From Auanema rhodensis (lineage: Eukaryota > Animalia > Nematoda): a DNA stretch of 64,000 nt. The DNA lies in assembly GCA_964057225.1 (NCBI GenBank), contig OZ059894.1, positions 20,398,001 through 20,462,000 on the forward strand, given 5' to 3'. The notes below the pieces were generated by a model. That model searched no databases. It saw only the letters and a list, made by a program, of their open reading frames with translations, and was not told the DNA's origin. Of the stretch, positions 39,401 through 55,109 are shown in pieces. Positions within the stretch are counted from its first letter, which is position 1. Each line of letters begins with the position of its first letter. A program made the position numbers and the translations under genes.

Positions 39401-42400
39401 TTTTGACAAAAATTTTTTCGAAAAATTTCAAAATAAATTAGCAAAAAGTAGATGTTTTTAGATTCCTTTTTTCAAGGCAAAGACGATGGACAATGTTATT
39501 CAACGAAAAAATTAATTCTTCAGGGTGAAAATCGAGGATATAAGTGTGAACTTATATCAGTTGATATCTCGGTGCATTTTTAAGCTAGCGCAAATCTGAT
39601 AACACATATCGACGCAGCTTAAAAATCCGCATCGAATGCACTATACTACATTGAGAAACGCTGAATACAAAAATTAGTTATGATCGTTTGAAAAATGATG
39701 CATTACTGTATGTTGAGTTTCCATGTACACTCAACATTGCTTCCAAAAACATTTTGACAAAAATTTTTTCGAAAAATTTCAGAATAAATTAGCAAAAAGT
39801 AGATGTTTTTAGATTCCTTTTTTCAAGGCAAAGACGATGGACAATGTTATTCAACGAAAAAATTAATTCTTCAGGGTGAAAATCGAGGATATAAGTGTGA
39901 ACTTATATCAATTGATATCTCGGTGCATTTTTAAGCTAGCGCAAATCTGATAACACAGAACGACGCAGCTTAAAAATCCGCATCGAATGCACTATACTAC
40001 ATTGAGAAACGCTTAATACAAAAATTAGTTATGATCGTTTGAAAAATGATGCATTAGTTTATGTTGAGTTTCCATGTACACTCAACATTGCTTCCAAAAA
40101 CATTTTGACAAAAATTTTTTCGAAAAATTTCAAAATAAATTAGCAAAAAGTAGATGTTTTTAGATTCCTTTTTTCAAGGCAAAGACGATGGACAATGTTA
40201 TTCAACGAAAAAATTAATTCTTCAGGGTGAAAATCGGGGATATAAGTGTAAACTTATATCAGTTGATATCTCGGTGCATTTTTAAGCTAGCGCAAATCTG
40301 ATAACACAGATCGACGCAGCTCAAAAATCCGCATCGAATGCACTATACTACATTGAGAAACGCTTAATACAAAAATTAGTTATGATCGTTTGAAAAATGA
40401 TGCATTAGTTTATGTTGAGTTTCCATGTACACTCAACATTGCTTCCAAAAACATTTTGACAAAAATTTTTTCGGAAAATTTCAAAATAAATTAGCAAAAA
40501 GTAGATGTTTTTAGATTCCTTTTTTCAAGGCAAAGAAGATAGACAATGTAATTCAACTAAAAAATTAATTCTTCAGGGTGAAAATCGAGGATATAAGTGT
40601 GAACTTATATCAGTTGATATCTCAGTGCATTTTTAAGCTAGCGCAAATCTGATAACACAGAACGACGCAGCTTAAAAATCCGCATCGAATGCACTATACT
40701 ACATTGAGAAACGCTTAATACAAAAATTAGTTATGATCGTTTGAAAAATGATGCATTAGTTTATGTTGAGTTTCCATGTACACTCAACATTGCTTCCAAA
40801 AACATTTTGACAAAAATTTTTTCGAAAAATTTCAAAATAAATTAGCAAAAAGTAGATGTTTTTAGATTCCTTTTTTCAAGGCAAAGACGATGGACAATGT
40901 TATTCAACGAAAAAAATAATTCTTCAGGGTGAAAATCGAGGATATAAGTGTGAACTTATATCAGTTGATATCTCGGTGCATTTTTAAGCTAGCGCAAATC
41001 TGATAACACAGATCGACGCAGCTCAAAAATCCGCATCGAATGCACTATACTACATTGAGAAACGCTTAATACAAAAATTAGTTATGATCGTTTGAAAAAT
41101 GATGCATTAGTTTATGTTGAGTTTCCATGTACACTCAACATTGCTTCCAAAAACATTTTGACAAAAATTTTTTCGAAAAATTTCAAAATAAATTAGCAAA
41201 AAGTAGATGTTTTTAGATTCCTTTTTTCAAGGCAAAGACGATAGACAATGTAATTCAACTAAAAAATTAATTCTTCAGGGTGAAAATCGAGGATATAAGT
41301 GTGAACTTATATCAGTTGATATCTCGGTGCATTTTTAAGCTAGCGCGAATCTGATAACACAGATCGACGCAGCTTAAAAATCCGCATCGAATGCACTATA
41401 CTACATTGAGAAACGCTTAATACAAAAATTAGTTATGATCGTTTGAAAAATGATCCATTAGTGTATGTTGAGTTTCCATGTACACTCAACATTGCTTCCA
41501 AAAACATTTTGACAAAAATTTTTTCGAAAAATTTCAAAATAAATTAGCAAAAAGTAGATGTTTTTAGATTCCTTTTTTCAAGGCAAAGACGATGGACAAT
41601 GTTATTCAACTAAAAAATTAATTCTTCAGGGTGAAAATCGAGGATATAAGTGTGAACTTATATCAGTTGATATCTCGGTGCATTTTTAAGCTAGCGCGAA
41701 TGTGATAACACAGATCGACGCAGCTTAAGAATCCGCATCAAATGCACTATACTACATTGAGAAACGCTTAATACAAAAATTAGTTATGATCGTTTGAAAA
41801 ATGATGCATTACTGTATGTTGAGTTTCCATGTACACTCAACATTGCTTCCAAAAACATTTTGACAAAAATTTTTTCGAAAAATTTCAAAATAATTTAGCA
41901 AAAAGTAGATGTTTTTAGATTCCTTCTTTCAAGGCAAAGACGATGGACAATGTTATTCAACGAAAAAAATAATTCTTCAGGGTGAAAATCGAGGATATAA
42001 GTGTGAACTTATATCAGTTGATATCTCGGTGCATTTTTAAGCTAGCGCAAATCTGATAACACAGAACGACGCAGCTTAAAAATCCGCATCGAATGCACTA
42101 TACTACATTGAGAAACGCTTAATACAAAAATTAGTTATGATTGTTTGAAAAATGATGCATTAGTGTATGTTGAGTTTCCATGTACACTCAACATTGCTTC
42201 CAAAAACATTTTGACAAAAATTTTTTCGAAAAATTTCAAAATAAATTAGCAAAAAGTAGATGTTTTTAGATTCCTTTTTTCAAGGCAAAGACGATGGACA
42301 ATGTTATTCAACTAAAAAATTAATTCTTCAGGGTGAAAATCGAGGATATAAGTGTGAACTTATATCAGTTGATATCTCGGTGCATTTTTAAGCTAGCGCG

Positions 42401-44930
42401 AATCTGATAACACAGATCGACGCAGCTTAAGAATCCGCATCAAATGCACTATACTACATTGAGAAACGCTTAATACAAAAATTAGTTATGATCGTTTGAA
42501 AAATGATGCATTAGTTTATGTTGAGTTTCCATGTACACTCAACATTGCTTCCAAAAACATTTTGACAAAAATTTTTTCGAAAAATTTCAAAATAAATTAG
42601 CAAAAAGTAGATGTTTTTAGATTCCTTTTTTCAAGGCAAAGACGATGGACAATGTTATTCAACGAAAAAATTAATTCTTCAGGGTGAAAATCGAGGATAT
42701 AAGTGTGAACTTATATCAGTTGATATCTCGGTGCATTTTTAAGCTAGCGCAAATCTGATAACACAGATCGACGCAGCTCAAAAATCCGCATCGAATGCAC
42801 TATACTACATTGAGAAACGCTTAATACAAAAATTAGTTATGATCGTTTGAAAAATGATGCATTAGTTTATGTTGAGTTTCCATGTACACTCAACATTGCT
42901 TCCAAAAACATTTTGACAAAAATTTTTTCGAAAAATTTCAAAATAAATTAGCAAAAAGTAGATGTTTTTAGATTCCTTTTTTCAAGGCAAAGACGATAGA
43001 CAATGTAATTCAACTAAAAAATTAATTCTTCAGGGTGAAAATCGAGGATATAAGTGTGAACTTATATCAGTTGATATCTCGGTGCATTTTTAAGCTAGCG
43101 CGAATCTGATAACACAGATCGACGCAGCTTAAAAATCCGCATCGAATGCACTATACTACATTGAGAAACGCTTAATACAAAAATTAGTTATGATCGTTTG
43201 AAAAATGATCCATTAGTGTATGTTGAGTTTCCATGTACACTCAACATTGCTTCCAAAAACATTTTGACAAAAATTTTTTCGAAAAATTTCAAAATAAATT
43301 AGCAAAAAGTAGATGTTTTTAGATTCCTTTTTTCAAGGCAAAGACGATGGACAATGTTATTCAACTAAAAAATTAATTCTTCAGGGTGAAAATCGAGGAT
43401 ATAAGTGTGAACTTATATCAGTTGATATCTCGGTGCATTTTTAAGCTAGCGCGAATGTGATAACACAGATCGACGCAGCTTAAGAATCCGCATCAAATGC
43501 ACTATACTACATTGAGAAACGCTTAATACAAAAATTAGTTATGATCGTTTGAAAAATGATGCATTACTGTATGTTGAGTTTCCATGTACACTCAACATTG
43601 CTTCCAAAAACATTTTGACAAAAATTTTTTCGAAAAATTTCAGAATAAATTAGCAAAAAGTAGATGTTTTTAGATTCCTTTTTTCAAGGCAAAGACGATG
43701 GACAATGTTATTCAACGAAAAAATTAATTCTTCAGGGTGAAAATCGAGGATATAAGTGTGAACTTATATCAGTTGATATCTCGGTGCATTTTTAAGCTAG
43801 CGCAAATCTGATAACACAGAACGACGCAGCTTAAAAATCCGCATCGAATGCACTATACTACATTGAGAAACGCTTAATACAAAAATTAGTTATGATTGTT
43901 TGAAAAATGATGCATTAGTGTATGTTGAGTTTCCATGTACACTCAACATTGCTTCCAAAAACATTTTGACAAAAATTTTTTCGAAAAATTTCAAAATAAA
44001 TTAGCAAAAAGTAGATGTTTTTAGATTCCTTTTTTCAAGGCAAAGACGATGGACAATGTTATTCAACTAAAAAATTAATTCTTCAGGGTGAAAATCGAGG
44101 ATATAAGTGTGAACTTATATCAGTTGATATCTCGGTGCATTTTTAAGCTAGCGCGAATCTGATAACACAGATCGACGCAGCTTAAGAATCCGCATCAAAT
44201 GCACTATACTACATTGAGAAACGCTTAATACAAAAATTAGTTATGATCGTTTGAAAAATGATGCATTAGTTTATGTTGAGTTTCCATGTACACTCAACAT
44301 TGCTTCCAAAAACATTTTGACAAAAATTTTTTCGAAAAATTTCAAAATAAATTAGCAAAAAGTAGATGTTTTTAGATTCCTTTTTTCAAGGCAAAGACGA
44401 TGGACAATGTTATTCAACGAAAAAATTAATTCTTCAGGGTGAAAATCGAGGATATAAGTGTGAACTTATATCAGTTGATATCTCGGTGCATTTTTAAGCT
44501 AGCGCAAATCTGATAACACATATCGACGCAGCTTAAAAATCCGCATCGAATGCACTATACTACATTGAGAAACGCTTAATACAAAAATTAGTTATGATTG
44601 TTTGAAAAATGATGCATTAGTGTATGTTGAGTTTCCATGTACACTCAACATTGCTTCCAAAAACATTTTGACAAAAATTTTTTCGAAAAATTTCAAAATA
44701 AATTAGCAAAAAGTAGATGTTTTTAGATTCCTTTTTTCAAGGCAAAGACGATAGACAATGTAATTCAACTAAAAAATTAATTCTTCAGGGTGAAAATCGA
44801 GGATATAAGTGTGAACTTATATCAGTTGATATCTCGGTGCATTTTTAAGCTAGCGCGAATCTGATAACACAGATCGACGCAGCTTAAAAATCCGCATCGA
44901 ATGCACTATACTACATTGAGAAACGCTTAA

Positions 44931-47900
44931 TACAAAAATTAGTTATGATCGTTTGAAAAATGATCCATTAGTGTATGTTGAGTTTCCATGTACACTCAAC
45001 ATTGCTTCCAAAAACATTTTGACAAAAATTTTTTCGAAAAATTTCAAAATAAATTAGCAAAAAGTAGATGTTTTTAGATTCCTTTTTTCAAGGCAAAGAC
45101 GATGGACAATGTTATTCAACTAAAAAATTAATTCTTCAGGGTGAAAATCGAGGATATAAGTGTGAACTTATATCAGTTGATATCTCGGTGCATTTTTAAG
45201 CTAGCGCGAATGTGATAACACAGATCGACGCAGCTTAAGAATCCGCATCAAATGCACTATACTACATTGAGAAACGCTTAATACAAAAATTAGTTATGAT
45301 CGTTTGAAAAATGATGCATTACTGTATGTTGAGTTTCCATGTACACTCAACATTGCTTCCAAAAACATTTTGACAAAAATTTTTTCGAAAAATTTCAGAA
45401 TAAATTAGCAAAAAGTAGATGTTTTTAGATTCCTTTTTTCAAGGCAAAGACGATGGACAATGTTATTCAACGAAAAAATTAATTCTTCAGGGTGAAAATC
45501 GAGGATATAAGTGTGAACTTATATCAGTTGATATCTCGGTGCATTTTTAAGCTAGCGCAAATCTGATAACACAGAACGACGCAGCTTAAAAATCCGCATC
45601 GAATGCACTATACTACATTGAGAAACGCTTAATACAAAAATTAGTTATGATTGTTTGAAAAATGATGCATTAGTGTATGTTGAGTTTCCATGTACACTCA
45701 ACATTGCTTCCAAAAACATTTTGACAAAAATTTTTTCGAAAAATTTCAAAATAAATTAGCAAAAAGTAGATGTTTTTAGATTCCTTTTTTCAAGGCAAAG
45801 ACGATGGACAATGTTATTCAACTAAAAAATTAATTCTTCAGGGTGAAAATCGAGGATATAAGTGTGAACTTATATCAGTTGATATCTCGGTGCATTTTTA
45901 AGCTAGCGCGAATCTGATAACACAGATCGACGCAGCTTAAGAATCCGCATCAAATGCACTATACTACATTGAGAAACGCTTAATACAAAAATTAGTTATG
46001 ATCGTTTGAAAAATGATGCATTAGTTTATGTTGAGTTTCCATGTACACTCAACATTGCTTCCAAAAACATTTTGACAAAAATTTTTTCGAAAAATTTCAA
46101 AATAAATTAGCAAAAAGTAGATGTTTTTAGATTCCTTTTTTCAAGGCAAAGACGATGGACAATGTTATTCAACGAAAAAATTAATTCTTCAGGGTGAAAA
46201 TCGAGGATATAAGTGTGAACTTATATCAGTTGATATCTCGGTGCATTTTTAAGCTAGCGCAAATCTGATAACACATATCGACGCAGCTTAAAAATCCGCA
46301 TCGAATGCACTATACTACATTGAGAAACGCTGAATACAAAAATTAGTTATGATCGTTTGAAAAATGATGCATTACTGTATGTTGAGTTTCCATGTACACT
46401 CAACATTGCTTCCAAAAACATTTTGACAAAAATTTTTTCGAAAAATTTCAGAATAAATTAGCAAAAAGTAGATGTTTTTAGATTCCTTTTTTCAAGGCAA
46501 AGACGATGGACAATGTTATTCAACGAAAAAATTAATTCTTCAGGGTGAAAATCGAGGATATAAGTGTGAACTTATATCAGTTGATATCTCGGTGCATTTT
46601 TAAGCTAGCGCAAATCTGATAACACAGATCGACGCAGCTTAAAAATCCGCATCGAATGCACTATACTACATTGAGAAACGCTTAATACAAAAATTAGTTA
46701 TGATCGTTTGAAAAATGATGCATTAGTGTATGTTGAGTTTCCATGTACACTCAACATTGCTTCCAAAAACATTTTGACAAAAATTTTTTCGAAAAATTTC
46801 AAAATAAATTAGCAAAAAGTAGATGTTTTTAGATTCCTTTTTTCAAGGCAAAGACGATGGACAATGTTATTCAACGAAAAAATTAATTCTTCAGGGTGAA
46901 AATCGAGGATATAAGTGTAAACTTATATCAGTTGATATCTCGGTGCATTTTTAAGCTAGCGCAAATCTGATAACACAGATCGACGCAGCTCAAAAATCCG
47001 CATCGAATGCACTATACTACATTGAGAAACGCTTAATACAAAAATTAGTTATGATCGTTTGAAAAATGATGCATTAGTTTATGTTGAGTTTCCATGTACA
47101 CTCAACATTGCTTCCAAAAACATTTTGACAAAAATTTTTTCGAAAAATTTCAAAATAAATTAGCAAAAAGTAGATGTTTTTAGATTCCTTTTTTCAAGGC
47201 AAAGACGATAGACAATGTAATTCAACTAAAAAATTAATTCTTCAGGGTGAAAATCGAGGATATAAGTGTGAACTTATATCAGTTGATATCTCGGTGCATT
47301 TTTAAGCTAGCGCGAATCTGATAACACAGATCGACGCAGCTTAAAAATCCGCATCGAATGCACTATACTACATTGAGAAACGCTTAATACAAAAATTAGT
47401 TATGATCGTTTGAAAAATGATCCATTAGTGTATGTTGAGTTTCCATGTACACTCAACATTGCTTCCAAAAACATTTTGACAAAAATTTTTTCGAAAAATT
47501 TCAAAATAAATTAGCAAAAAGTAGATGTTTTTAGATTCCTTTTTTCAAGGCAAAGACGATGGACAATGTTATTCAACTAAAAAATTAATTCTTCAGGGTG
47601 AAAATCGAGGATATAAGTGTGAACTTATATCAGTTGATATCTCGGTGCATTTTTAAGCTAGCGCGAATCTGATAACACAGATCGACGCAGCTTAAGAATC
47701 CGCATCAAATGCACTATACTACATTGAGAAACGCTTAATACAAAAATTAGTTATGATCGTTTGAAAAATGATGCATTAGTTTATGTTGAGTTTCCATGTA
47801 CACTCAACATTGCTTCCAAAAACATTTTGACAAAAATTTTTTCGAAAAATTTCAAAATAAATTAGCAAAAAGTAGATGTTTTTAGATTCCTTTTTTTAAG

Positions 47901-50900
47901 GCAAAGACGATGGACAATGTTATTCAACGAAAAAATTAATTCTTCAGGGTGAAAATCGAGGATATAAGTGTGAACTTATATCAGTTGATATCTCGGTGCA
48001 TTTTTAAGCTAGCGCAAATCTGATAACACATATCGACGCAGCTTAAAAATCCGCATCGAATGCACTATACTACATTGAGAAACGCTGAATACAAAAATTA
48101 GTTATGATCGTTTGAAAAATGATGCATTACTGTATGTTGAGTTTCCATGTACACTCAACATTGCTTCCAAAAACATTTTGACAAAAATTTTTTCGAAAAA
48201 TTTCAGAATAAATTAGCAAAAAGTAGATGTTTTTAGATTCCTTTTTTCAAGGCAAAGACGATGGACAATGTTATTCAACGAAAAAATTAATTCTTCAGGG
48301 TGAAAATCGAGGATATAAGTGTGAACTTATATCAGTTGATATCTCGGTGCATTTTTAAGCTAGCGCAAATCTGATAACACAGAACGACGCAGCTTAAAAA
48401 TCCGCATCGAATGCACTATACTACATTGAGAAACGCTTAATACAAAAATTAGTTATGATTGTTTGAAAAATGATGCATTAGTGTATGTTGAGTTTCCATG
48501 TACACTCAACATTGCTTCCAAAAACATTTTGACAAAAATTTTTTCGAAAAATTTCAAAATAAATTAGCAAAAAGTAGATGTTTTTAGATTCCTTTTTTCA
48601 AGGCAAAGACGATGGACAATGTTATTCAACGAAAAAATTAATTCTTCAGGGTGAAAATCGAGGATATAAGTGTAAACTTATATCAGTTGATATCTCGGTG
48701 CATTTTTAAGCTAGCGCAAATCTGATAACACAGATCGACGCAGCTTAAAAATCCGCATCGAATGCACTATACTACATTGAGAAACGCTTAATACAAAAAT
48801 TAGTTATGATCGTTTGAAAAATGATGCATTAGTTTATGTTGAGTTTCCATGTACACTCAACATTGCTTCCAAAAACATTTTGACAAAAATTTTTTCGAAA
48901 AATTTCAAAATAAATTAGCAAAAAGTAGATGTTTTTAGATTCCTTTTTTCAAGGCAAAGACGATAGACAATGTTATTCAACTAAAAAATTAATTCTTCAG
49001 GGTGAAAATCGAGGATATAAGTGTGAACTTATATCAGTTGATATCTCGGTGCATTTTTAAGCTAGCGCGAATCTAATAACACAGATCGACGCAGCTTAAA
49101 AATCCGCATCGAATGCACTATACTACATTGAGAAACGCTTAATACAAAAATTAGTTATGATCGTTTGAAAAATGATCCATTAGTGTATGTTGAGTTTCCA
49201 TGTACACTCAACATTGCTTCCAAAAACATTTTGACAAAAATTTTTTCGAAAAATTTCAAAATAAATTAGCAAAAAGTAGATGTTTTTAGATTCCTTTTTT
49301 CAAGGCAAAGACGATGGACAATGTTATTCAACTAAAAAATTAATTCTTCAGGGTGAAAATCGAGGATATAAGTGTGAACTTATATCAGTTGATATCTCGG
49401 TGCATTTTTAAGCTAGCGCGAATGTGATAACACAGATCGACGCAGCTTAAGAATCCGCATCAAATGCACTATACTACATTGAGAAACGCTTAATACAAAA
49501 ATTAGTTATGATCGTTTGAAAAATGATGCATTACTGTATGTTGAGTTTCCATGTACACTCAACATTGCTTCCAAAAACATTTTGACAAAAATTTTTTCGA
49601 AAAATTTCAAAATAATTTAGCAAAAAGTAGATGTTTTTAGATTCCTTCTTTCAAGGCAAAGACGATGGACAATGTTATTCAACGAAAAAAATAATTCTTC
49701 AGGGTGAAAATCGAGGATATAAGTGTGAACTTATATCAGTTGATATCTCGGTGCATTTTTAAGCTAGCGCAAATCTGATAACACAGAACGACGCAGCTTA
49801 AAAATCCGCATCGAATGCACTATACTACATTGAGAAACGCTTAATACAAAAATTAGTTATGATTGTTTGAAAAATGATGCATTAGTGTATGTTGAGTTTC
49901 CATGTACACTCAACATTGCTTCCAAAAACATTTTGACAAAAATTTTTTCGAAAAATTTCAAAATAAATTAGCAAAAAGTAGATGTTTTTAGATTCCTTTT
50001 TTCAAGGCAAAGACGATGGACAATGTTATTCAACTAAAAAATTAATTCTTCAGGGTGAAAATCGAGGATATAAGTGTGAACTTATATCAGTTGATATCTC
50101 GGTGCATTTTTAAGCTAGCGCGAATCTGATAACACAGATCGACGCAGCTTAAGAATCCGCATCAAATGCACTATACTACATTGAGAAACGCTTAATACAA
50201 AAATTAGTTATGATCGTTTGAAAAATGATGCATTAGTTTATGTTGAGTTTCCATGTACACTCAACATTGCTTCCAAAAACATTTTGACAAAAATTTTTTC
50301 GAAAAATTTCAAAATAAATTAGCAAAAAGTAGATGTTTTTAGATTCCTTTTTTCAAGGCAAAGACGATGGACAATGTTATTCAACGAAAAAATTAATTCT
50401 TCAGGGTGAAAATCGAGGATATAAGTGTGAACTTATATCAGTTGATATCTCGGTGCATTTTTAAGCTAGCGCAAATCTGATAACACAGATCGACGCAGCT
50501 CAAAAATCCGCATCGAATGCACTATACTACATTGAGAAACGCTTAATACAAAAATTAGTTATGATCGTTTGAAAAATGATGCATTAGTTTATGTTGAGTT
50601 TCCATGTACACTCAACATTGCTTCCAAAAACATTTTGACAAAAATTTTTTCGAAAAATTTCAAAATAAATTAGCAAAAAGTAGATGTTTTTAGATTCCTT
50701 TTTTCAAGGCAAAGACGATAGACAATGTAATTCAACTAAAAAATTAATTCTTCAGGGTGAAAATCGAGGATATAAGTGTGAACTTATATCAGTTGATATC
50801 TCGGTGCATTTTTAAGCTAGCGCGAATCTGATAACACAGATCGACGCAGCTTAAAAATCCGCATCGAATGCACTATACTACATTGAGAAACGCTTAATAC

Positions 50901-53900
50901 AAAAATTAGTTATGATCGTTTGAAAAATGATCCATTAGTGTATGTTGAGTTTCCATGTACACTCAACATTGCTTCCAAAAACATTTTGACAAAAATTTTT
51001 TCGAAAAATTTCAAAATAAATTAGCAAAAAGTAGATGTTTTTAGATTCCTTTTTTCAAGGCAAAGACGATGGACAATGTTATTCAACTAAAAAATTAATT
51101 CTTCAGGGTGAAAATCGAGGATATAAGTGTGAACTTATATCAGTTGATATCTCGGTGCATTTTTAAGCTAGCGCGAATGTGATAACACAGATCGACGCAG
51201 CTTAAGAATCCGCATCAAATGCACTATACTACATTGAGAAACGCTTAATACAAAAATTAGTTATGATCGTTTGAAAAATGATGCATTACTGTATGTTGAG
51301 TTTCCATGTACACTCAACATTGCTTCCAAAAACATTTTGACAAAAATTTTTTCGAAAAATTTCAGAATAAATTAGCAAAAAGTAGATGTTTTTAGATTCC
51401 TTTTTTCAAGGCAAAGACGATGGACAATGTTATTCAACGAAAAAATTAATTCTTCAGGGTGAAAATCGAGGATATAAGTGTGAACTTATATCAGTTGATA
51501 TCTCGGTGCATTTTTAAGCTAGCGCAAATCTGATAACACAGAACGACGCAGCTTAAAAATCCGCATCGAATGCACTATACTACATTGAGAAACGCTTAAT
51601 ACAAAAATTAGTTATGATTGTTTGAAAAATGATGCATTAGTGTATGTTGAGTTTCCATGTACACTCAACATTGCTTCCAAAAACATTTTGACAAAAATTT
51701 TTTCGAAAAATTTCAAAATAAATTAGCAAAAAGTAGATGTTTTTAGATTCCTTTTTTCAAGGCAAAGACGATGGACAATGTTATTCAACTAAAAAATTAA
51801 TTCTTCAGGGTGAAAATCGAGGATATAAGTGTGAACTTATATCAGTTGATATCTCGGTGCATTTTTAAGCTAGCGCGAATCTGATAACACAGATCGACGC
51901 AGCTTAAGAATCCGCATCAAATGCACTATACTACATTGAGAAACGCTTAATACAAAAATTAGTTATGATCGTTTGAAAAATGATGCATTAGTTTATGTTG
52001 AGTTTCCATGTACACTCAACATTGCTTCCAAAAACATTTTGACAAAAATTTTTTCGAAAAATTTCAAAATAAATTAGCAAAAAGTAGATGTTTTTAGATT
52101 CCTTTTTTCAAGGCAAAGACGATGGACAATGTTATTCAACGAAAAAATTAATTCTTCAGGGTGAAAATCGAGGATATAAGTGTGAACTTATATCAGTTGA
52201 TATCTCGGTGCATTTTTAAGCTAGCGCAAATCTGATAACACATATCGACGCAGCTTAAAAATCCGCATCGAATGCACTATACTACATTGAGAAACGCTGA
52301 ATACAAAAATTAGTTATGATCGTTTGAAAAATGATGCATTACTGTATGTTGAGTTTCCATGTACACTCAACATTGCTTCCAAAAACATTTTGACAAAAAT
52401 TTTTTCGAAAAATTTCAGAATAAATTAGCAAAAAGTAGATGTTTTTAGATTCCTTTTTTCAAGGCAAAGACGATGGACAATGTTATTCAACGAAAAAATT
52501 AATTCTTCAGGGTGAAAATCGAGGATATAAGTGTGAACTTATATCAGTTGATATCTCGGTGCATTTTTAAGCTAGCGCAAATCTGATAACACAGAACGAC
52601 GCAGCTTAAAAATCCGCATCGAATGCACTATACTACATTGAGAAACGCTTAATACAAAAATTAGTTATGATCGTTTGAAAAATGATGCATTAGTTTATGT
52701 TGAGTTTCCATGTACACTCAACATTGCTTCCAAAAACATTTTGACAAAAATTTTTTCGAAAAATTTCAAAATAAATTAGCAAAAAGTAGATGTTTTTAGA
52801 TTCCTTTTTTCAAGGCAAAGACGATGGACAATGTTATTCAACGAAAAAATTAATTCTTCAGGGTGAAAATCGAGGATATAAGTGTAAACTTATATCAGTT
52901 GATATCTCGGTGCATTTTTAAGCTAGCGCAAATCTGATAACACAGATCGACGCAGCTCAAAAATCCGCATCGAATGCACTATACTACATTGAGAAACGCT
53001 TAATACAAAAATTAGTTATGATCGTTTGAAAAATGATGCATTAGTTTATGTTGAGTTTCCATGTACACTCAACATTGCTTCCAAAAACATTTTGACAAAA
53101 ATTTTTTCGAAAAATTTCAAAATAAATTAGCAAAAAGTAGATGTTTTTAGATTCCTTTTTTCAAGGCAAAGACGATAGACAATGTAATTCAACTAAAAAA
53201 TTAATTCTTCAGGGTGAAAATCGAGGATATAAGTGTGAACTTATATCAGTTGATATCTCGGTGCATTTTTAAGCTAGCGCGAATCTGATAACACAGATCG
53301 ACGCAGCTTAAAAATCCGCATCGAATGCACTATACTACATTGAGAAACGCTTAATACAAAAATTAGTTATGATCGTTTGAAAAATGATCCATTAGTGTAT
53401 GTTGAGTTTCCATGTACACTCAACATTGCTTCCAAAAACATTTTGACAAAAATTTTTTCGAAAAATTTCAAAATAAATTAGCAAAAAGTAGATGTTTTTA
53501 GATTCCTTTTTTCAAGGCAAAGACGATGGACAATGTTATTCAACTAAAAAATTAATTCTTCAGGGTGAAAATCGAGGATATAAGTGTGAACTTATATCAG
53601 TTGATATCTCGGTGCATTTTTAAGCTAGCGCGAATCTGATAACACAGATCGACGCAGCTTAAGAATCCGCATCAAATGCACTATACTACATTGAGAAACG
53701 CTTAATACAAAAATTAGTTATGATCGTTTGAAAAATGATGCATTAGTTTATGTTGAGTTTCCATGTACACTCAACATTGCTTCCAAAAACATTTTGACAA
53801 AAATTTTTTCGAAAAATTTCAAAATAAATTAGCAAAAAGTAGATGTTTTTAGATTCCTTTTTTTAAGGCAAAGACGATGGACAATGTTATTCAACGAAAA

Positions 53901-55109
53901 AATTAATTCTTCAGGGTGAAAATCGAGGATATAAGTGTGAACTTATATCAGTTGATATCTCGGTGCATTTTTAAGCTAGCGCAAATCTGATAACACATAT
54001 CGACGCAGCTTAAAAATCCGCATCGAATGCACTATACTACATTGAGAAACGCTGAATACAAAAATTAGTTATGATCGTTTGAAAAATGATGCATTACTGT
54101 ATGTTGAGTTTCCATGTACACTCAACATTGCTTCCAAAAACATTTTGACAAAAATTTTTTCGAAAAATTTCAGAATAAATTAGCAAAAAGTAGATGTTTT
54201 TAGATTCCTTTTTTCAAGGCAAAGACGATGGACAATGTTATTCAACGAAAAAATTAATTCTTCAGGGTGAAAATCGAGGATATAAGTGTGAACTTATATC
54301 AGTTGATATCTCGGTGCATTTTTAAGCTAGCGCAAATCTGATAACACAGAACGACGCAGCTTAAAAATCCGCATCGAATGCACTATACTACATTGAGAAA
54401 CGCTTAATACAAAAATTAGTTATGATTGTTTGAAAAATGATGCATTAGTGTATGTTGAGTTTCCATGTACACTCAACATTGCTTCCAAAAACATTTTGAC
54501 AAAAATTTTTTCGAAAAATTTCAAAATAAATTAGCAAAAAGTAGATGTTTTTAGATTCCTTTTTTCAAGGCAAAGACGATGGACAATGTTATTCAACGAA
54601 AAAATTAATTCTTCAGGGTGAAAATCGAGGATATAAGTGTAAACTTATATCAGTTGATATCTCGGTGCATTTTTAAGCTAGCGCAAATCTGATAACACAG
54701 ATCGACGCAGCTTAAAAATCCGCATCGAATGCACTATACTACATTGAGAAACGCTTAATACAAAAATTAGTTATGATCGTTTGAAAAATGATGCATTAGT
54801 TTATGTTGAGTTTCCATGTACACTCAACATTGCTTCCAAAAACATTTTGACAAAAATTTTTTCGAAAAATTTCAAAATAAATTAGCAAAAAGTAGATGTT
54901 TTTAGATTCCTTTTTTCAAGGCAAAGACGATAGACAATGTTATTCAACTAAAAAATTAATTCTTCAGGGTGAAAATCGAGGATATAAGTGTGAACTTATA
55001 TCAGTTGATATCTCGGTGCATTTTTAAGCTAGCGCGAATCTAATAACACAGATCGACGCAGCTTAAAAATCCGCATCGAATGCACTATACTACATTGAGA
55101 AACGCTTAA
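44931..55109. repeat. 12-monomer block duplicated at a 17-monomer (5967-bp) offset: 44931-49142 and 50898-55109
   Basis: Rare alleles TTTTTTTAAGG (monomers at 47739 and 53706) and AATCTAAT (48792 and 54759) recur, with identical type order. Confidence 0.85.
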
